DNA of 54,432 nt from Mycobacterium sp. (GCA_025963195.1 JAOPVF010000431.1:1-54432), one strand, 5' to 3'. Counted from the stretch's first letter, positions 1-11,373 are shown. Translations and numbers: made by a program. Notes: generated by a model from the sequence alone, not told the origin.

Positions 1-2623
<2,623 letters not shown>

Positions 2624-2624
<1 letters not shown>

Positions 2625-3175
2625 TGAGCAATTCTCCACAAGGCCGCGCCGGACGTGCCGACCGCGCCGACCGCGGCGGTCGTGACGGCAGTGCCGACCG
2701 CGCCGGGACCTCGGTGCGAACGGTCGCCTGCGCAAACTGCGGCCGGGCCAACCGCGTACCCGCCGCGGCGGAGGGCAGCCCGCGCTGCGGAAACTGCCGG
2801 GCCCCGCTGCCGTGGATCGCCGAAGCGGGCGACGCCGACTTCGGCGAGGTCGCCGAGCAGGCGAGCCTGCCCGTGCTCGTCGACCTCTGGGCCACCTGGT
2901 GCGGCCCCTGCCGCATGGTGAGCCCCGCCCTCGAACAGGTCGCCGAGGACCTGGCCGGCCGGATCAAACTCGTCAAGGTCGACATCGACAAGTCGCCGGC
3001 CCTGGCACGGCGGTTCGAGGTCCAAGCCGTACCCACCCTGCTGATCCTCGACCACGGCAGACCCGTCGCCCGCCAGACCGGCGCCGCGCCCGCGAACACG
3101 CTGCGCCAGTGGGTGGACGAGTCGCTGTCGGCGTCCCACGGACCAGCCGGCCCCGCCTCCGGGAGGCGGCGATGA
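2624..3175 (+). CDS. trxC: Thioredoxin with N-terminal zinc finger (TrxC/Trx2 type)
   Basis: CANC...CGNC zinc finger plus WCGPC active site. Overlaps the clpB stop; AGGAG RBS. Confidence 0.9.
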
Positions 3176-3435
3176 CCGGTCTTCCCGACCCGCACCTGTC
3201 CATGGTCCGGCCCGTCACGCCCAGAACGCCGCAGGGCTGCGAGGACTGCCTGCGCGAGGGGACTTCGTGGGTGCACCTGCGTCTGTGCCTGACCTGCGGC
3301 CACGTCGGCTGCTGCGACTCCTCGCCGATGCGGCATGCCCGGGCTCACGCGGCGACCTACGCGCACCCGATCGTGCGGTCGTTCGAGCCCGGCGAGAACT
3401 GGCGGTGGTGTTTCGTGCACGAGGCGATGGTCTGA
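3172..3435 (+). CDS. UBP-type zinc finger domain protein (87 aa)
   Basis: CEDC...WVHLRLCLTCGHVGCCDSS..RHARAH...SFEPGENWRWCF. ATGA overlap with the trxC stop; GGAGG RBS. Confidence 0.9.
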   Translation: MTGLPDPHLSMVRPVTPRTPQGCEDCLREGTSWVHLRLCLTCGHVGCCDSSPMRHARAHAATYAHPIVRSFEPGENWRWCFVHEAMV

Positions 3436-3594
3436 GCCCGGCGGGCTCGCCCGGCGCTTCTTCCGGCGTTTCTTCCAGCCCTGTCGCTTCTGCATTTGCT
3501 TCCGCCGCTGTTTGCGCCGAAGGGAGTGAACCGTGACCGCCGCCAAGGCCTCGCACGTCGTCGACGTGCCGCACGCCACCGGGACACCTGCGCC

Positions 3595-5265
3595 ATGCTG
3601 ACGCCCGCAGTCGACGTCTACGGCGCCTATCCGCGGCTGACGGACGACCAGGTCGCGATCCTGAGATCCTGCGGACAGGTACGGCTGGTCCGCGAGGGGG
3701 AACAGCTCTTCCGGGCGGGCGAACCCAGCGAGGAGTTCTTTGTCGTCCTCAGCGGCACGGTGGCCGTGGTCGAAGGCCACGGCGACCAGGAGCACGTCGT
3801 CCAGTTGCACGGTGCGCACAGTTTCCTCGGCGAACTCGGCGTACTGGAGGGCCAGACCGCCTTCCTCAGCGCGGTGGTACGCACACCCGGCGAGGTGCTG
3901 GCGGTGGGTCCGGCCGCCCTGCGCGACCTGCTCAGCCGCGAACCCGCGCTCGGCGACGTGATCCTGCGGGCCTACCTGCTGCGCCGTACGCTGCTGGCCG
4001 GCGCGGGCACGGGCTTCCGTATCATCGGCTCCGCCTTCTCCCCCGACACCCGGCGGCTGCTGGAGTTCGCCGCCCGCAACCGTCTCCCGCACCGCTGGGC
4101 CGATCTGGAGAAGGACACCGAGGCCGAGGCGCTGCTGACGCGTCTTGGTGTCGCTCCGGAGGAGACCCCGATCGTCGTCTGGCACGACCACCGGGTGCTG
4201 CGCAATCCCTCCAACGTAGAACTCGCCCAGGTGATCGGGCTGCGGACCGGGACCGTCGCGAAGGCCGTCTGCGACCTGATGGTGGTCGGCGCGGGACCCG
4301 GGGGCCTGGCCGCCGCGGTGTACGGCGCCTCGGAGGGACTTTCCACCGTCGTCCTGGACGCGGTGGCGACCGGCGGCCAGGCCGGTACGTCCCCCCGGAT
4401 CGAGAACTACCTCGGTTTCCCCGCCGGGATCTCCGGCATGGAGCTCGCCGAACGCGCCGTCGTGCAGGCCAACCGGTTCGGCGCCCGGATCGCGGTCCCC
4501 GCCGAGGCCGCCGGCCTCGAACAGCGCGACGGGACCAACGTGCTGCGGCTCGCCGACGGCGGCACGGTCGCCGCCAACAGCGTGGTGGTGGCCACCGGCG
4601 CCCGCTACCGGCGGCTGACCGCTCCCGGCGTCGAGCGGTTCGAGGGACTCGGGGTCCACTACGCCGCCACCCTCTGGGAGGCACGGACCTGCCGTCTTGA
4701 CCCGGTGGCCGTCGTCGGCGGCGGCAACGCCGCCGGCCAAGCAGCCCTGTTCATGGCGCGCGAGTCGCCCGCCGTCCAGCTACTGGTCCGCGGCGGAGAC
4801 CTCGGCCACAGCATGTCCCGCTACCTGATCGACCGGATCGAGCGGCACCCCCGGATCCATGTCCGGCTGCATACCGAGGTCCGGGAGGTCACCGGCGAGG
4901 ACCGGGTCGAATCCGTCGTCGTCGAGGACAACCGCACCCGCGGGCAGCAGGTGCTGGCGGCCCGTGCGCTGTTCGTCTTCATCGGCGCGCGCCCCGGCAC
5001 GTCCTGGCTCGCCGACGCCGTCACCCTGGACCGGCGCGGCTTCATTCCGACCGGGCAGGACGTGGTCCATGTGACAGCGGACCGCTGGCAGCCCCTCGCC
5101 CGCGCCCCGCTCGCCCTGGAGACCGGTCTGCCGGGAGTCTTCGCCGTCGGCGACGTCCGCAGCGGCTCGGTCAAGCGGGTGGCCTCCGCGGTCGGCGAGG
5201 GTGCCATGGCCGTCCGCCTGGCGCACGAGCACCTCGAGGAGGTGGGACCACCCGGCATCCGATGA
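3595..5265 (+). CDS. cNMP-binding-domain FAD-dependent oxidoreductase (thioredoxin reductase-like)
   Basis: N-terminal cNMP domain (LFRAGEP, FLGELG), GAGPGG FAD motif, GGGNAAGQ NADPH motif, TGLPGVFAVGDVRSGSVKRVASAVGEG. Start uncertain (see findings). Confidence 0.88.
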   Translation: MLTPAVDVYGAYPRLTDDQVAILRSCGQVRLVREGEQLFRAGEPSEEFFVVLSGTVAVVEGHGDQEHVVQLHGAHSFLGELGVLEGQTAFLSAVVRTPGEVLAVGPAALRDLLSREPALGDVILRAYLLRRTLLAGAGTGFRIIGSAFSPDTRRLLEFAARNRLPHRWADLEKDTEAEALLTRLGVAPEETPIVVWHDHRVLRNPSNVELAQVIGLRTGTVAKAVCDLMVVGAGPGGLAAAVYGASEGLSTVVLDAVATGGQAGTSPRIENYLGFPAGISGMELAERAVVQANRFGARIAVPAEAAGLEQRDGTNVLRLADGGTVAANSVVVATGARYRRLTAPGVERFEGLGVHYAATLWEARTCRLDPVAVVGGGNAAGQAALFMARESPAVQLLVRGGDLGHSMSRYLIDRIERHPRIHVRLHTEVREVTGEDRVESVVVEDNRTRGQQVLAARALFVFIGARPGTSWLADAVTLDRRGFIPTGQDVVHVTADRWQPLARAPLALETGLPGVFAVGDVRSGSVKRVASAVGEGAMAVRLAHEHLEEVGPPGIR

Positions 5266-5316
5266 CCTCAGCCCACTGACCTCAGCCCATCCACCGCCGC
5301 GAAAGGGTGAAATGAC

Positions 5317-5766
5317 ATGCCCGTCATGGGAGTTCCCAAGTTCGAGCGCTTCTTCCGCGCAGCCGCCGGCCTCGATGTCAGCAAGAACGATCTCAAGCGC
5401 TACAACGACTTCGTGGACGCCAAGCTCTACGACCTCTTCCTCATCGGCACGGCCGACGCCAAGGCCAACGGCCGGGACATCATCGAGCCACAGGACCTCC
5501 CGGTCACCAAAGGTATGCAGGAGAGCATCCACGCCTTCAAGAAGCTGGAGGAGGGCATCGAACTGCGCCCGCTGCTCGACCAGCTCGCCGCCCGCCCCGC
5601 CCTCGGCATGGACGCCGCCGAGGACACCCAGCAGCGGCTGCCCGACCTGGCCGGCGGCCTCAGCGTCGCCCTCGCCCGCGCCCTCAAAACCATCGCCCGC
5701 GACACCCGCCGCCCCTCCACGGACCAGTGGGACGAGGCCTTCGAACTCTTCGACCTGCTGATCTGA
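5317..5766 (+). CDS. DUF1931 family tandem histone-fold protein (Aq_328-like)
   Basis: 149 aa; FERFFRAAAGLDVSKNDLKR...AKANGRDIIEPQDLPVTKG is recalled as the DUF1931 signature and contains the histone L2/alpha3 R-x-x-I-x-x-x-D pattern. Confidence 0.85.
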   Translation: MPVMGVPKFERFFRAAAGLDVSKNDLKRYNDFVDAKLYDLFLIGTADAKANGRDIIEPQDLPVTKGMQESIHAFKKLEEGIELRPLLDQLAARPALGMDAAEDTQQRLPDLAGGLSVALARALKTIARDTRRPSTDQWDEAFELFDLLI

Positions 5767-5805
5767 GCGGGGGCATCCACCGGCCCGCGGTGTGACGTCC
5801 TCCCA

Positions 5806-5846
5806 GGTCAGGTCCTGGCGGCCGAGCCAGGCGCCAGGACCTGACC
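5806..5846 (+). terminator. Stem-loop after the stress operon
   Basis: Perfect 15-bp inverted repeat GGTCAGGTCCTGGCG (5806-5820) / CGCCAGGACCTGACC (5832-5846). Confidence 0.7.
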
Positions 5847-5896
5847 GCGGGACCCCCGCAGCCTCCGCAGTTCCGCTCGCATCCGCCGGCAGCCAT

Positions 5897-5926
5897 CCGT
5901 ATCCGCCCGTATCCGCCCGTATCAGC
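5897..5926. repeat. 3 x 10-bp tandem repeat CCGTATCCGC
   Basis: ccgtatccgc ccgtatccgc ccgtatcagc just upstream of the VOC RBS. Confidence 0.75.
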
Positions 5927-5941
5927 CCGAGGAAGTCAGAC

Positions 5942-6304
5942 ATGAGCATCTCCGTCATCGGTGTCAGTTACGACGCCGCGCAGCCCGCGACCATCGCCGA
6001 GTTCTGGGCCCAGGCCCTGGGACGACAGGTCAGCGACGGGGCGTCGGCCGACTTCGCGGCCGTCGCCGCCACCGACCCCGCCACCTCCGGCCCGTTCCTG
6101 ATGTTCCACAAGGTCCCCGAAGGCAAAACCGTCAAGAACCGGCTCCACCTCGACCTGAGAACCGCTGACCTGGACGCCGAAACCCAGCGGCTGCTCGCCC
6201 TCGGAGCGACTCGGCTCAACGACAACACCGAAGAAGGCCGTATCCGCTGGACCACCTTCGCCGACACGGAAGGCAATGAGTTCGACCTCGTCAACACCGA
6301 GTGA
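5942..6304 (+). CDS. VOC/glyoxalase-like family protein
   Basis: AEFWAQALG...FHKVPEGKTVKNRLHLDL...ADTEGNEFDL; GAGGAAG RBS. Confidence 0.9.
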   Translation: MSISVIGVSYDAAQPATIAEFWAQALGRQVSDGASADFAAVAATDPATSGPFLMFHKVPEGKTVKNRLHLDLRTADLDAETQRLLALGATRLNDNTEEGRIRWTTFADTEGNEFDLVNTE

Positions 6305-6485
6305 CCTGACCGGCAGGTCCACCGGCCCTGGGCGTGACTCACCGGCCGCGCGCCGCGCGCCGCTCGACCCACAGCCCTGCAGGGTCAAACCGGGCAAACG
6401 TGACTCTCCCCGGGCCCTGGGATCAAACGGGCTTGCTGATTCGCGCCTGGTCTGCTCGGTGGCGGCGGCGGGCGTTGGGGTCGGG

Positions 6486-6977
6486 TCAGGAGTGCGGCTG
6501 CATGCCGCCTTCGGCGTCGATGGTGTTCAGGATGCGGCCTGCGATGGTTCGCAACTGGCGCGCCTGGGCGGTGGTGAGCGGATCGAAGACGAGTCGGTTG
6601 ACGGCGTCGACGTGTTTCGGCGCCGCTTCGACGAGGACCGCTCTGCCCTTGTCGGCCAGGACGGCCAGGGTGTAGCGGCCATCGGCTGGGTCCGGTGTGC
6701 GTGTCACCCAGTCGCGGCGTTCCAGTCGCGCGACCGCGCGCGACAGGCGCGACAGTGAGCCGTTGGCATAGATCGCCAGCTCGCTCATCCGAAGTGTCCC
6801 CTCGTCGGCTTCCGACAGCGCGGCGAGGATGCCGTACTCGAAGTGGCTCAGGCCGGAGTCGCGTTGCAGTTGGCTGTCGAGTGCCGTTGGCAGCCAGATC
6901 AGCATGCGAGCGAGGGCGACCCAGGTCTGGCGGTCGTCCTCGTTGAGCCAGCGCGGCTCGGGACCGGGTGTTGTCAT
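6486..6977 (-). CDS. MarR family transcriptional regulator
   Basis: RWLNEDD..W, LDSQLQRDSGLSHFEY, LRMSELA, RLSRAVARLE..GRYTLA winged helix. Confidence 0.93.
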   Translation of the reverse strand: MTTPGPEPRWLNEDDRQTWVALARMLIWLPTALDSQLQRDSGLSHFEYGILAALSEADEGTLRMSELAIYANGSLSRLSRAVARLERRDWVTRTPDPADGRYTLAVLADKGRAVLVEAAPKHVDAVNRLVFDPLTTAQARQLRTIAGRILNTIDAEGGMQPHS

Positions 6978-7019
6978 GAGCCCATCTTACGTGACAGGGA
7001 AAGTGATGTCCGGCTCGTG

Positions 7020-7074
7020 ATCACTTGACCAAGCAAGTGACCGGGTCTACGGTTGACTTGCTTGGTCAAGTGAT
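7020..7074 (+). promoter_or_regulatory. Paired MarR-type operators over a sigma70-type promoter
   Basis: 19-bp inverted repeat (7020-7038 / 7056-7074), each arm palindromic ACTTG-N6-CAAGT; TTGACC(7025)-N17-TACGGT(7048). Confidence 0.7.
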
Positions 7075-7128
7075 TTCGGCCTTGCGGCGCTGGTGTCCGC
7101 GGTCGCAGCCGGGCCATTGATCGCGGGT

Positions 7129-7195
7129 GTTCACGGCACATGGTGGATTACCGGTTGACTCTCCGATAAGGGGAGGGCTGAGAGTCGTGACACCG
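7129..7195 (+). promoter_or_regulatory. MerR-type promoter, copy 1
   Basis: TTGACT(7155)-N19-GAGAGT(7180) with dyad CTCTCC-N7-GGAGGG; 57/67 nt identical to 8299-8365 (hand count). Confidence 0.7.
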
Positions 7196-7231
7196 GTCGG
7201 CCAATGCTGAATTCAAATTTGAGGAGCTATT

Positions 7232-8212
7232 ATGCGCCAGCCCACCCGTCGTGCCGTCCTGGGAGGCATGGGAGGAGCGGGGGCGATGGCCGCCGCCACG
7301 GTCCTGTCCGGCACGACGCCCGCAATCGCCTCGGTCACGAGCGCGCCGCCCGTCCCCCTCCCGGATCCGCCGCAGGACGTCACGCATGCGACGCCTCTGC
7401 TGGTGCAACGGGTCAACAGCCTGTTCCGCGACAAGACCGCCCGCAACGTCGGCCGCTTCATGTCACATTTCTCCAAGAATCCGCTGTATTACACGGACGC
7501 CGTCCTGGGCTGGTACGTACCGAGCTGGGCGGGCCTGGACGCAACCTTCGAGCAGTACATGCCGGCCTGGCCCGACACCGCGCGTTCCTACGCCACGCGA
7601 ATCATCGGAGACGAGAACAGCGCGATCGTCGAGTTCGTCGACTCGCCAGAGCTTTTCGGCCACGAGATACGGGCGATCGCCGCCGTCGACTTCCAGAACG
7701 GCCTCATTGTGCGTGAGGTCGACTACTGGGACGGACGTCATTTCGGCATCGACGCCGTCAACGCACTGCGCACGCCCGACGCCCAGTTCCCGGCGACTTA
7801 CGGCGAGGAATTCATCGCCGAGCGCACCCCGCCGGTCCTGCGCCGGGTACTCGACCGCTTGCGCGCCGCCCTCGCCGTCGGCGACACCACCGGGCTGTTC
7901 GCCGCGGACGCCATCTTCGAGGACCTCGCGCTGCACACCGAGTTCACCGGCACCTTGGCCATCGACGCCTACGTCAGCCGGGCTTACACCCGTCTGCCCT
8001 ACGGCCTCGGCACCACGGTGCGCCGCACCCTCGGCAGTGGCCGGGGAGGCGGCTACGAGTGGATCGGCAACGGATTCGCCGGCAGCCACGGGATCATCGC
8101 GGTCGAACTCGACGCGGCCGGCCGCATCACCCGGTTCACCGCCACCTGGGACGCATCCCGACTCGACGATGCCGCCGTGGCCACTCTGCTCGCCGGCACC
8201 CTCGAACACTGA
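7232..8212 (+). CDS. Tat-signal protein with two SnoaL/NTF2-like domains
   Basis: TRRAVLGG twin-arginine plus hydrophobic stretch; two NTF2-like halves (YTDAVLG...REVDYWD; LFAADAIFED...GRITRFTATWD). Confidence 0.75.
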   Translation: MRQPTRRAVLGGMGGAGAMAAATVLSGTTPAIASVTSAPPVPLPDPPQDVTHATPLLVQRVNSLFRDKTARNVGRFMSHFSKNPLYYTDAVLGWYVPSWAGLDATFEQYMPAWPDTARSYATRIIGDENSAIVEFVDSPELFGHEIRAIAAVDFQNGLIVREVDYWDGRHFGIDAVNALRTPDAQFPATYGEEFIAERTPPVLRRVLDRLRAALAVGDTTGLFAADAIFEDLALHTEFTGTLAIDAYVSRAYTRLPYGLGTTVRRTLGSGRGGGYEWIGNGFAGSHGIIAVELDAAGRITRFTATWDASRLDDAAVATLLAGTLEH

Positions 8213-8298
8213 CCTGATCGAGTGAACCGAGGACTTCGGCCTCGCCGGCGGCAACACCGTTATCACGGTCAGCGACTGGGACTCGAGGGCTTGTCGCA

Positions 8299-8365
8299 GT
8301 TCGCGGCACGTGGTGGATCACCTCTTGACTCTCCTGTGAGGGGAGAGCCGAGAGTCGTGACACCG
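8299..8365 (+). promoter_or_regulatory. MerR-type promoter, copy 2
   Basis: TTGACT(8325)-N19-GAGAGT(8350) with perfect dyad CTCTCC-N7-GGAGAG, upstream of merR. Confidence 0.75.
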
Positions 8366-8412
8366 ACCGATCAGAGACCGATCAGACGATGTCGGAAAGG
8401 AGGAATGGACTG

Positions 8413-9240
8413 ATGGTTGCTTTGCTGAGCATCGGGGAGTTCTCCCGGCTGACCCATGTCAGCGTCAAGGCGCTGCGCCATTACCACGATCTGGACCTGC
8501 TGTGCCCCGCGCAGATCGACCCGGGCAGTGGATATCGCTTCTATGCCACCGCCCAGGCCCCTGCAGCCCAGCTCATCCGGCGCTTCCGAGATCTGGGTAT
8601 GCCGCTGGACCAGGTCAAATCCGTGCTGACCGCGACCGATCCGATGGTGCGCGACGGTGTCATCGCCAACCACCTGCGAAGCATGGAGCAGCACCTTGAA
8701 CAGACAAGAACAGCGGTGGCCTCGCTGCGCCGACTACTCGAAGGCGGTGGGTCGCCCTCGTTGGACGTCGCTTTCCGTACTCTCACCAGCACCTCGGCTC
8801 TAGTCGTCAGAGCGCGGGTGGCCTGGGACGAAACATTCGTCTGGCTGCGCGACGCGCTCGCCGACCTGCGCCGGGAAATCGGCTCGGACGCCGATCTGCG
8901 CGGTGGTCCGGACGCCGCACTCTACAGCGCGGAGTTCTTCGAATCACACATCGGCGAGGTCACCGCCTTCATTCCGCTCAAGGCGTCCGCCGGTCACGTC
9001 GGGGGCCTGCTGCCCGAGGGTCCGGTGGCGGTCGCCGTGCACCGGGGCTCGTTCAGCGAACTCGACCGGACCTACACCGCGTTGGGCAGTTTCGTCGCCG
9101 AACAAGGCCTCGGTTCGCGAACACGCACGGCGATCCGGGAGAACTACCTGGTGAGCCTGTTCACCACAGATGACGAGCGCGGCCTGATCACCGAGGTGTG
9201 CTGGCCGGTGCTCTCCACCAAAGGAGACGAGGACTCATGA
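8413..9240 (+). CDS. MerR family regulator with C-terminal GyrI-like ligand domain (BmrR type)
   Basis: LSIGEFSRLTHVSVKALRHYH..SGYRFY HTH; C-terminal HRGSFSEL...IRENYL...TEVCWPV. Confidence 0.92.
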   Translation: MVALLSIGEFSRLTHVSVKALRHYHDLDLLCPAQIDPGSGYRFYATAQAPAAQLIRRFRDLGMPLDQVKSVLTATDPMVRDGVIANHLRSMEQHLEQTRTAVASLRRLLEGGGSPSLDVAFRTLTSTSALVVRARVAWDETFVWLRDALADLRREIGSDADLRGGPDAALYSAEFFESHIGEVTAFIPLKASAGHVGGLLPEGPVAVAVHRGSFSELDRTYTALGSFVAEQGLGSRTRTAIRENYLVSLFTTDDERGLITEVCWPVLSTKGDEDS

Positions 9241-9599
9241 CGACCCGACTGCACGCAGTGACCTTCGATTGCGCGGACGCCGCCGCGCTCGGCGGGTTCT
9301 GGGCACAAGTGCTGGGGCGGGAGCTGGATCCGGGCGCGGGCAAGGGGTTTGCTTCCATCGGATTGCATGACTCCGGCCGGACTGAGCCGGGCTGGTGCTT
9401 CGCCCAGGTCCCCGAGGGCAAGTCGGCGAAGAACCGGATGCATCCGGACCTGATGACCGCGGACCTTGAGGCGGAGGTCGAGCGGTTGGTCGGCCTCGGT
9501 GCGGCCTGGAAGGCGGATATCAAGATGAGCAGCATGCGCTGGACCACCCTCCAGGATCCGGAAGGCAACGAATTCGACGTGATCGCCGAGGCGGCATAA
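9237..9599 (+). CDS. VOC/glyoxalase-like family protein
   Basis: VTFDCAD..FWAQVLG..VPEGKSAKNRMHPDL..DPEGNEFDV; ATGA coupling to merR. Confidence 0.9.
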   Translation: MTTRLHAVTFDCADAAALGGFWAQVLGRELDPGAGKGFASIGLHDSGRTEPGWCFAQVPEGKSAKNRMHPDLMTADLEAEVERLVGLGAAWKADIKMSSMRWTTLQDPEGNEFDVIAEAA

Positions 9600-9645
9600 C
9601 AGCGTGCGAACGCGCGGGAAACCACCACACCGAAAGGATCTGAAC

Positions 9646-10674
9646 ATGCCCACCGCCACCCAGCACTCCCACCGTAACGAGCCGCACCAGATGGACGCAG
9701 TCGTCATCGAGGCCGGCGGGCCGCCGGCACAGTCGTTGGCCTATCGCTCCGAACCGGTACCGGAGCCGGGTCCGGGGGAGGTGCTCGTGGAGGTACACGC
9801 AGCAGCGGTGAACCCGCTCGACGTCGCCAACGCCGCGGGCCGGCTCGGCACGCCGCTGCCGATGATTCCCGGCGCCGACTACGCCGGCATCGTCGTCTCC
9901 GACGGCGACCACACCGGCCAGGAGGTGTGGGGCAGCGGGCCGGCGCTGGGAATGGCCCTAGGGGGGAAGCGACCGGGCACGCACGCGCGCTTTGTCGCCC
10001 TCCCCGAGACGTGGCTGTCACGCAAGCCTGAGCGCCTTTCGATGACCGAAGCCGCCGCTGTCGGCCGATCGTATTTCGTGGCCTGGCAGACGATCATCAA
10101 CGTCATGGAGCTCATGCCCGGCGAGACGATCCTGATCACCGGCGGAGCAGGCATGGTCGGCCAGGCCGCCACCGCGATCGCCCGCTGGCGCGGCGCGGAG
10201 CCGATCGTTGCCGACCGGCGCAAGCCCGACGGCGTTGAACACTTCATCGACACCAGCTCAAGCGACATACGAGAGGCGGTGCTCGAACTTACCGATGGGC
10301 GCGGTGCTGACCTGGTCCTGGACACGGTCGGCGGTGCGCTGTTCGAACCCGCTCTTCGCAGCCTACGGTTCGACGGTCGGATGGTCGGGATTTTCAGCGG
10401 CCCCGAACCGGTCAACTTCACCCCGGCTGAGATCTACAACCGCCAGCTGCACCTCACGGGACTCGCCAGCGTGTTCATGGACGGGGCCGACATCGCGCGC
10501 ATCTTCGACCAGCTCCGTCCGCTGTTCGACCGCGGCTTCCTGGCCCCCCCGGCCGTAAAGACGTGGCCACTCGAGAAGAGCGCCGAGGCCTATCAGACGG
10601 TGCTGGACGGGTCGGCCGGAATCAAGCAGGTTCTGTTGCCGATCGGCGGCGGGGCGCAGGGAGATTCACGATGA
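9646..10674 (+). CDS. MDR family NADPH:quinone oxidoreductase-like protein
   Basis: PEPGPGEVLVEVHAAAVNPLD, PGADYAG, ITGGAGMVG, GRGADLVLDTVGG; no catalytic-Zn ligands. Confidence 0.9.
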   Translation: MPTATQHSHRNEPHQMDAVVIEAGGPPAQSLAYRSEPVPEPGPGEVLVEVHAAAVNPLDVANAAGRLGTPLPMIPGADYAGIVVSDGDHTGQEVWGSGPALGMALGGKRPGTHARFVALPETWLSRKPERLSMTEAAAVGRSYFVAWQTIINVMELMPGETILITGGAGMVGQAATAIARWRGAEPIVADRRKPDGVEHFIDTSSSDIREAVLELTDGRGADLVLDTVGGALFEPALRSLRFDGRMVGIFSGPEPVNFTPAEIYNRQLHLTGLASVFMDGADIARIFDQLRPLFDRGFLAPPAVKTWPLEKSAEAYQTVLDGSAGIKQVLLPIGGGAQGDSR

Positions 10675-10822
10675 GCGCAGAGGGGCTTTGACCCCGAATG
10701 CTGGACAGATAGGACCGGATGTTGGACACGTAGAAACAGCCACCCCCACGACAGCCAGCCCGCCACAAGCACCACGCGGCAGAGGCCGGGCTCGAACCGG
10801 TCCCCTCGCTCGGCCGGGCCCG

Positions 10823-10861
10823 ACGTGGGCGGCGCCCTGAGGTACCGGGCGCCGCCCACGT
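10823..10861. terminator. Bidirectional stem-loop between convergent genes
   Basis: 15-bp perfect stem ACGTGGGCGGCGCCC / GGGCGCCGCCCACGT with 9-nt loop. Confidence 0.65.
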
Positions 10862-10938
10862 GTGGGCCAACTCTGCTTCAAGGTTCTCGGCCAGGCCGAG
10901 GTTGAACGTCTGGTTGGCGAGGCCACCGGTCGCCAGGC

Positions 10939-11319
10939 TTACCCGAGTACGCGGCTGATCGCGGGCAGTGCGTCACCGGGGTTGCGGACCAAGATGATCT
11001 TTGCAGTCGACGCGTGGGCGTGGATGATGTTCAGGACCCGGTTGAACCAGAGAGTCGTCGACTCGGTCGGCGGAAGCTGAGGGTCCTGGCCACTGACGAA
11101 GCTGCCGATCACGACGCCGTCGTACTCGGCGTCGCTCAGTTCCTGGACCAGCCGGGCGTCACCCTCCTCGTCGTCGGTCAGGACCACGATGGTGGCCTCC
11201 AACCCGGCCTCCCGCAGGCGCGCCTGGACCGCGGCACCTATCTCCGCGTGTTTGCCAAAGCCCAGAATCCGCCACGGCTTGAGAACTTCTGAGGTCGACA
11301 AGCGTGCCCCCTTGTTCAT
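10939..11319 (-). CDS. Hypothetical protein (small alpha/beta fold)
   Basis: Protein-like composition (RILGFGKH...YDGVVIG...WFNRVLNIIH), divergent from TetR. Confidence 0.7.
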   Translation of the reverse strand: MNKGARLSTSEVLKPWRILGFGKHAEIGAAVQARLREAGLEATIVVLTDDEEGDARLVQELSDAEYDGVVIGSFVSGQDPQLPPTESTTLWFNRVLNIIHAHASTAKIILVRNPGDALPAISRVLG

Positions 11320-11373
11320 AGAATTAGGTTTACCATACGTCAAATGACTTGACTTGGAGTGTAGCCAAATTCG

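Noticed and set aside
2639-2710. GRADRA-type repeats at the thioredoxin N-terminus
   Set aside because: Low-complexity GCCGACCGC slippage with no evidence of function.
5897-5926. Short tandem repeats here and at 16869-16898 and 25185-25214 as CRISPR-like arrays
   Set aside because: Only 2-3 contiguous units, no spacers and no cas genes.
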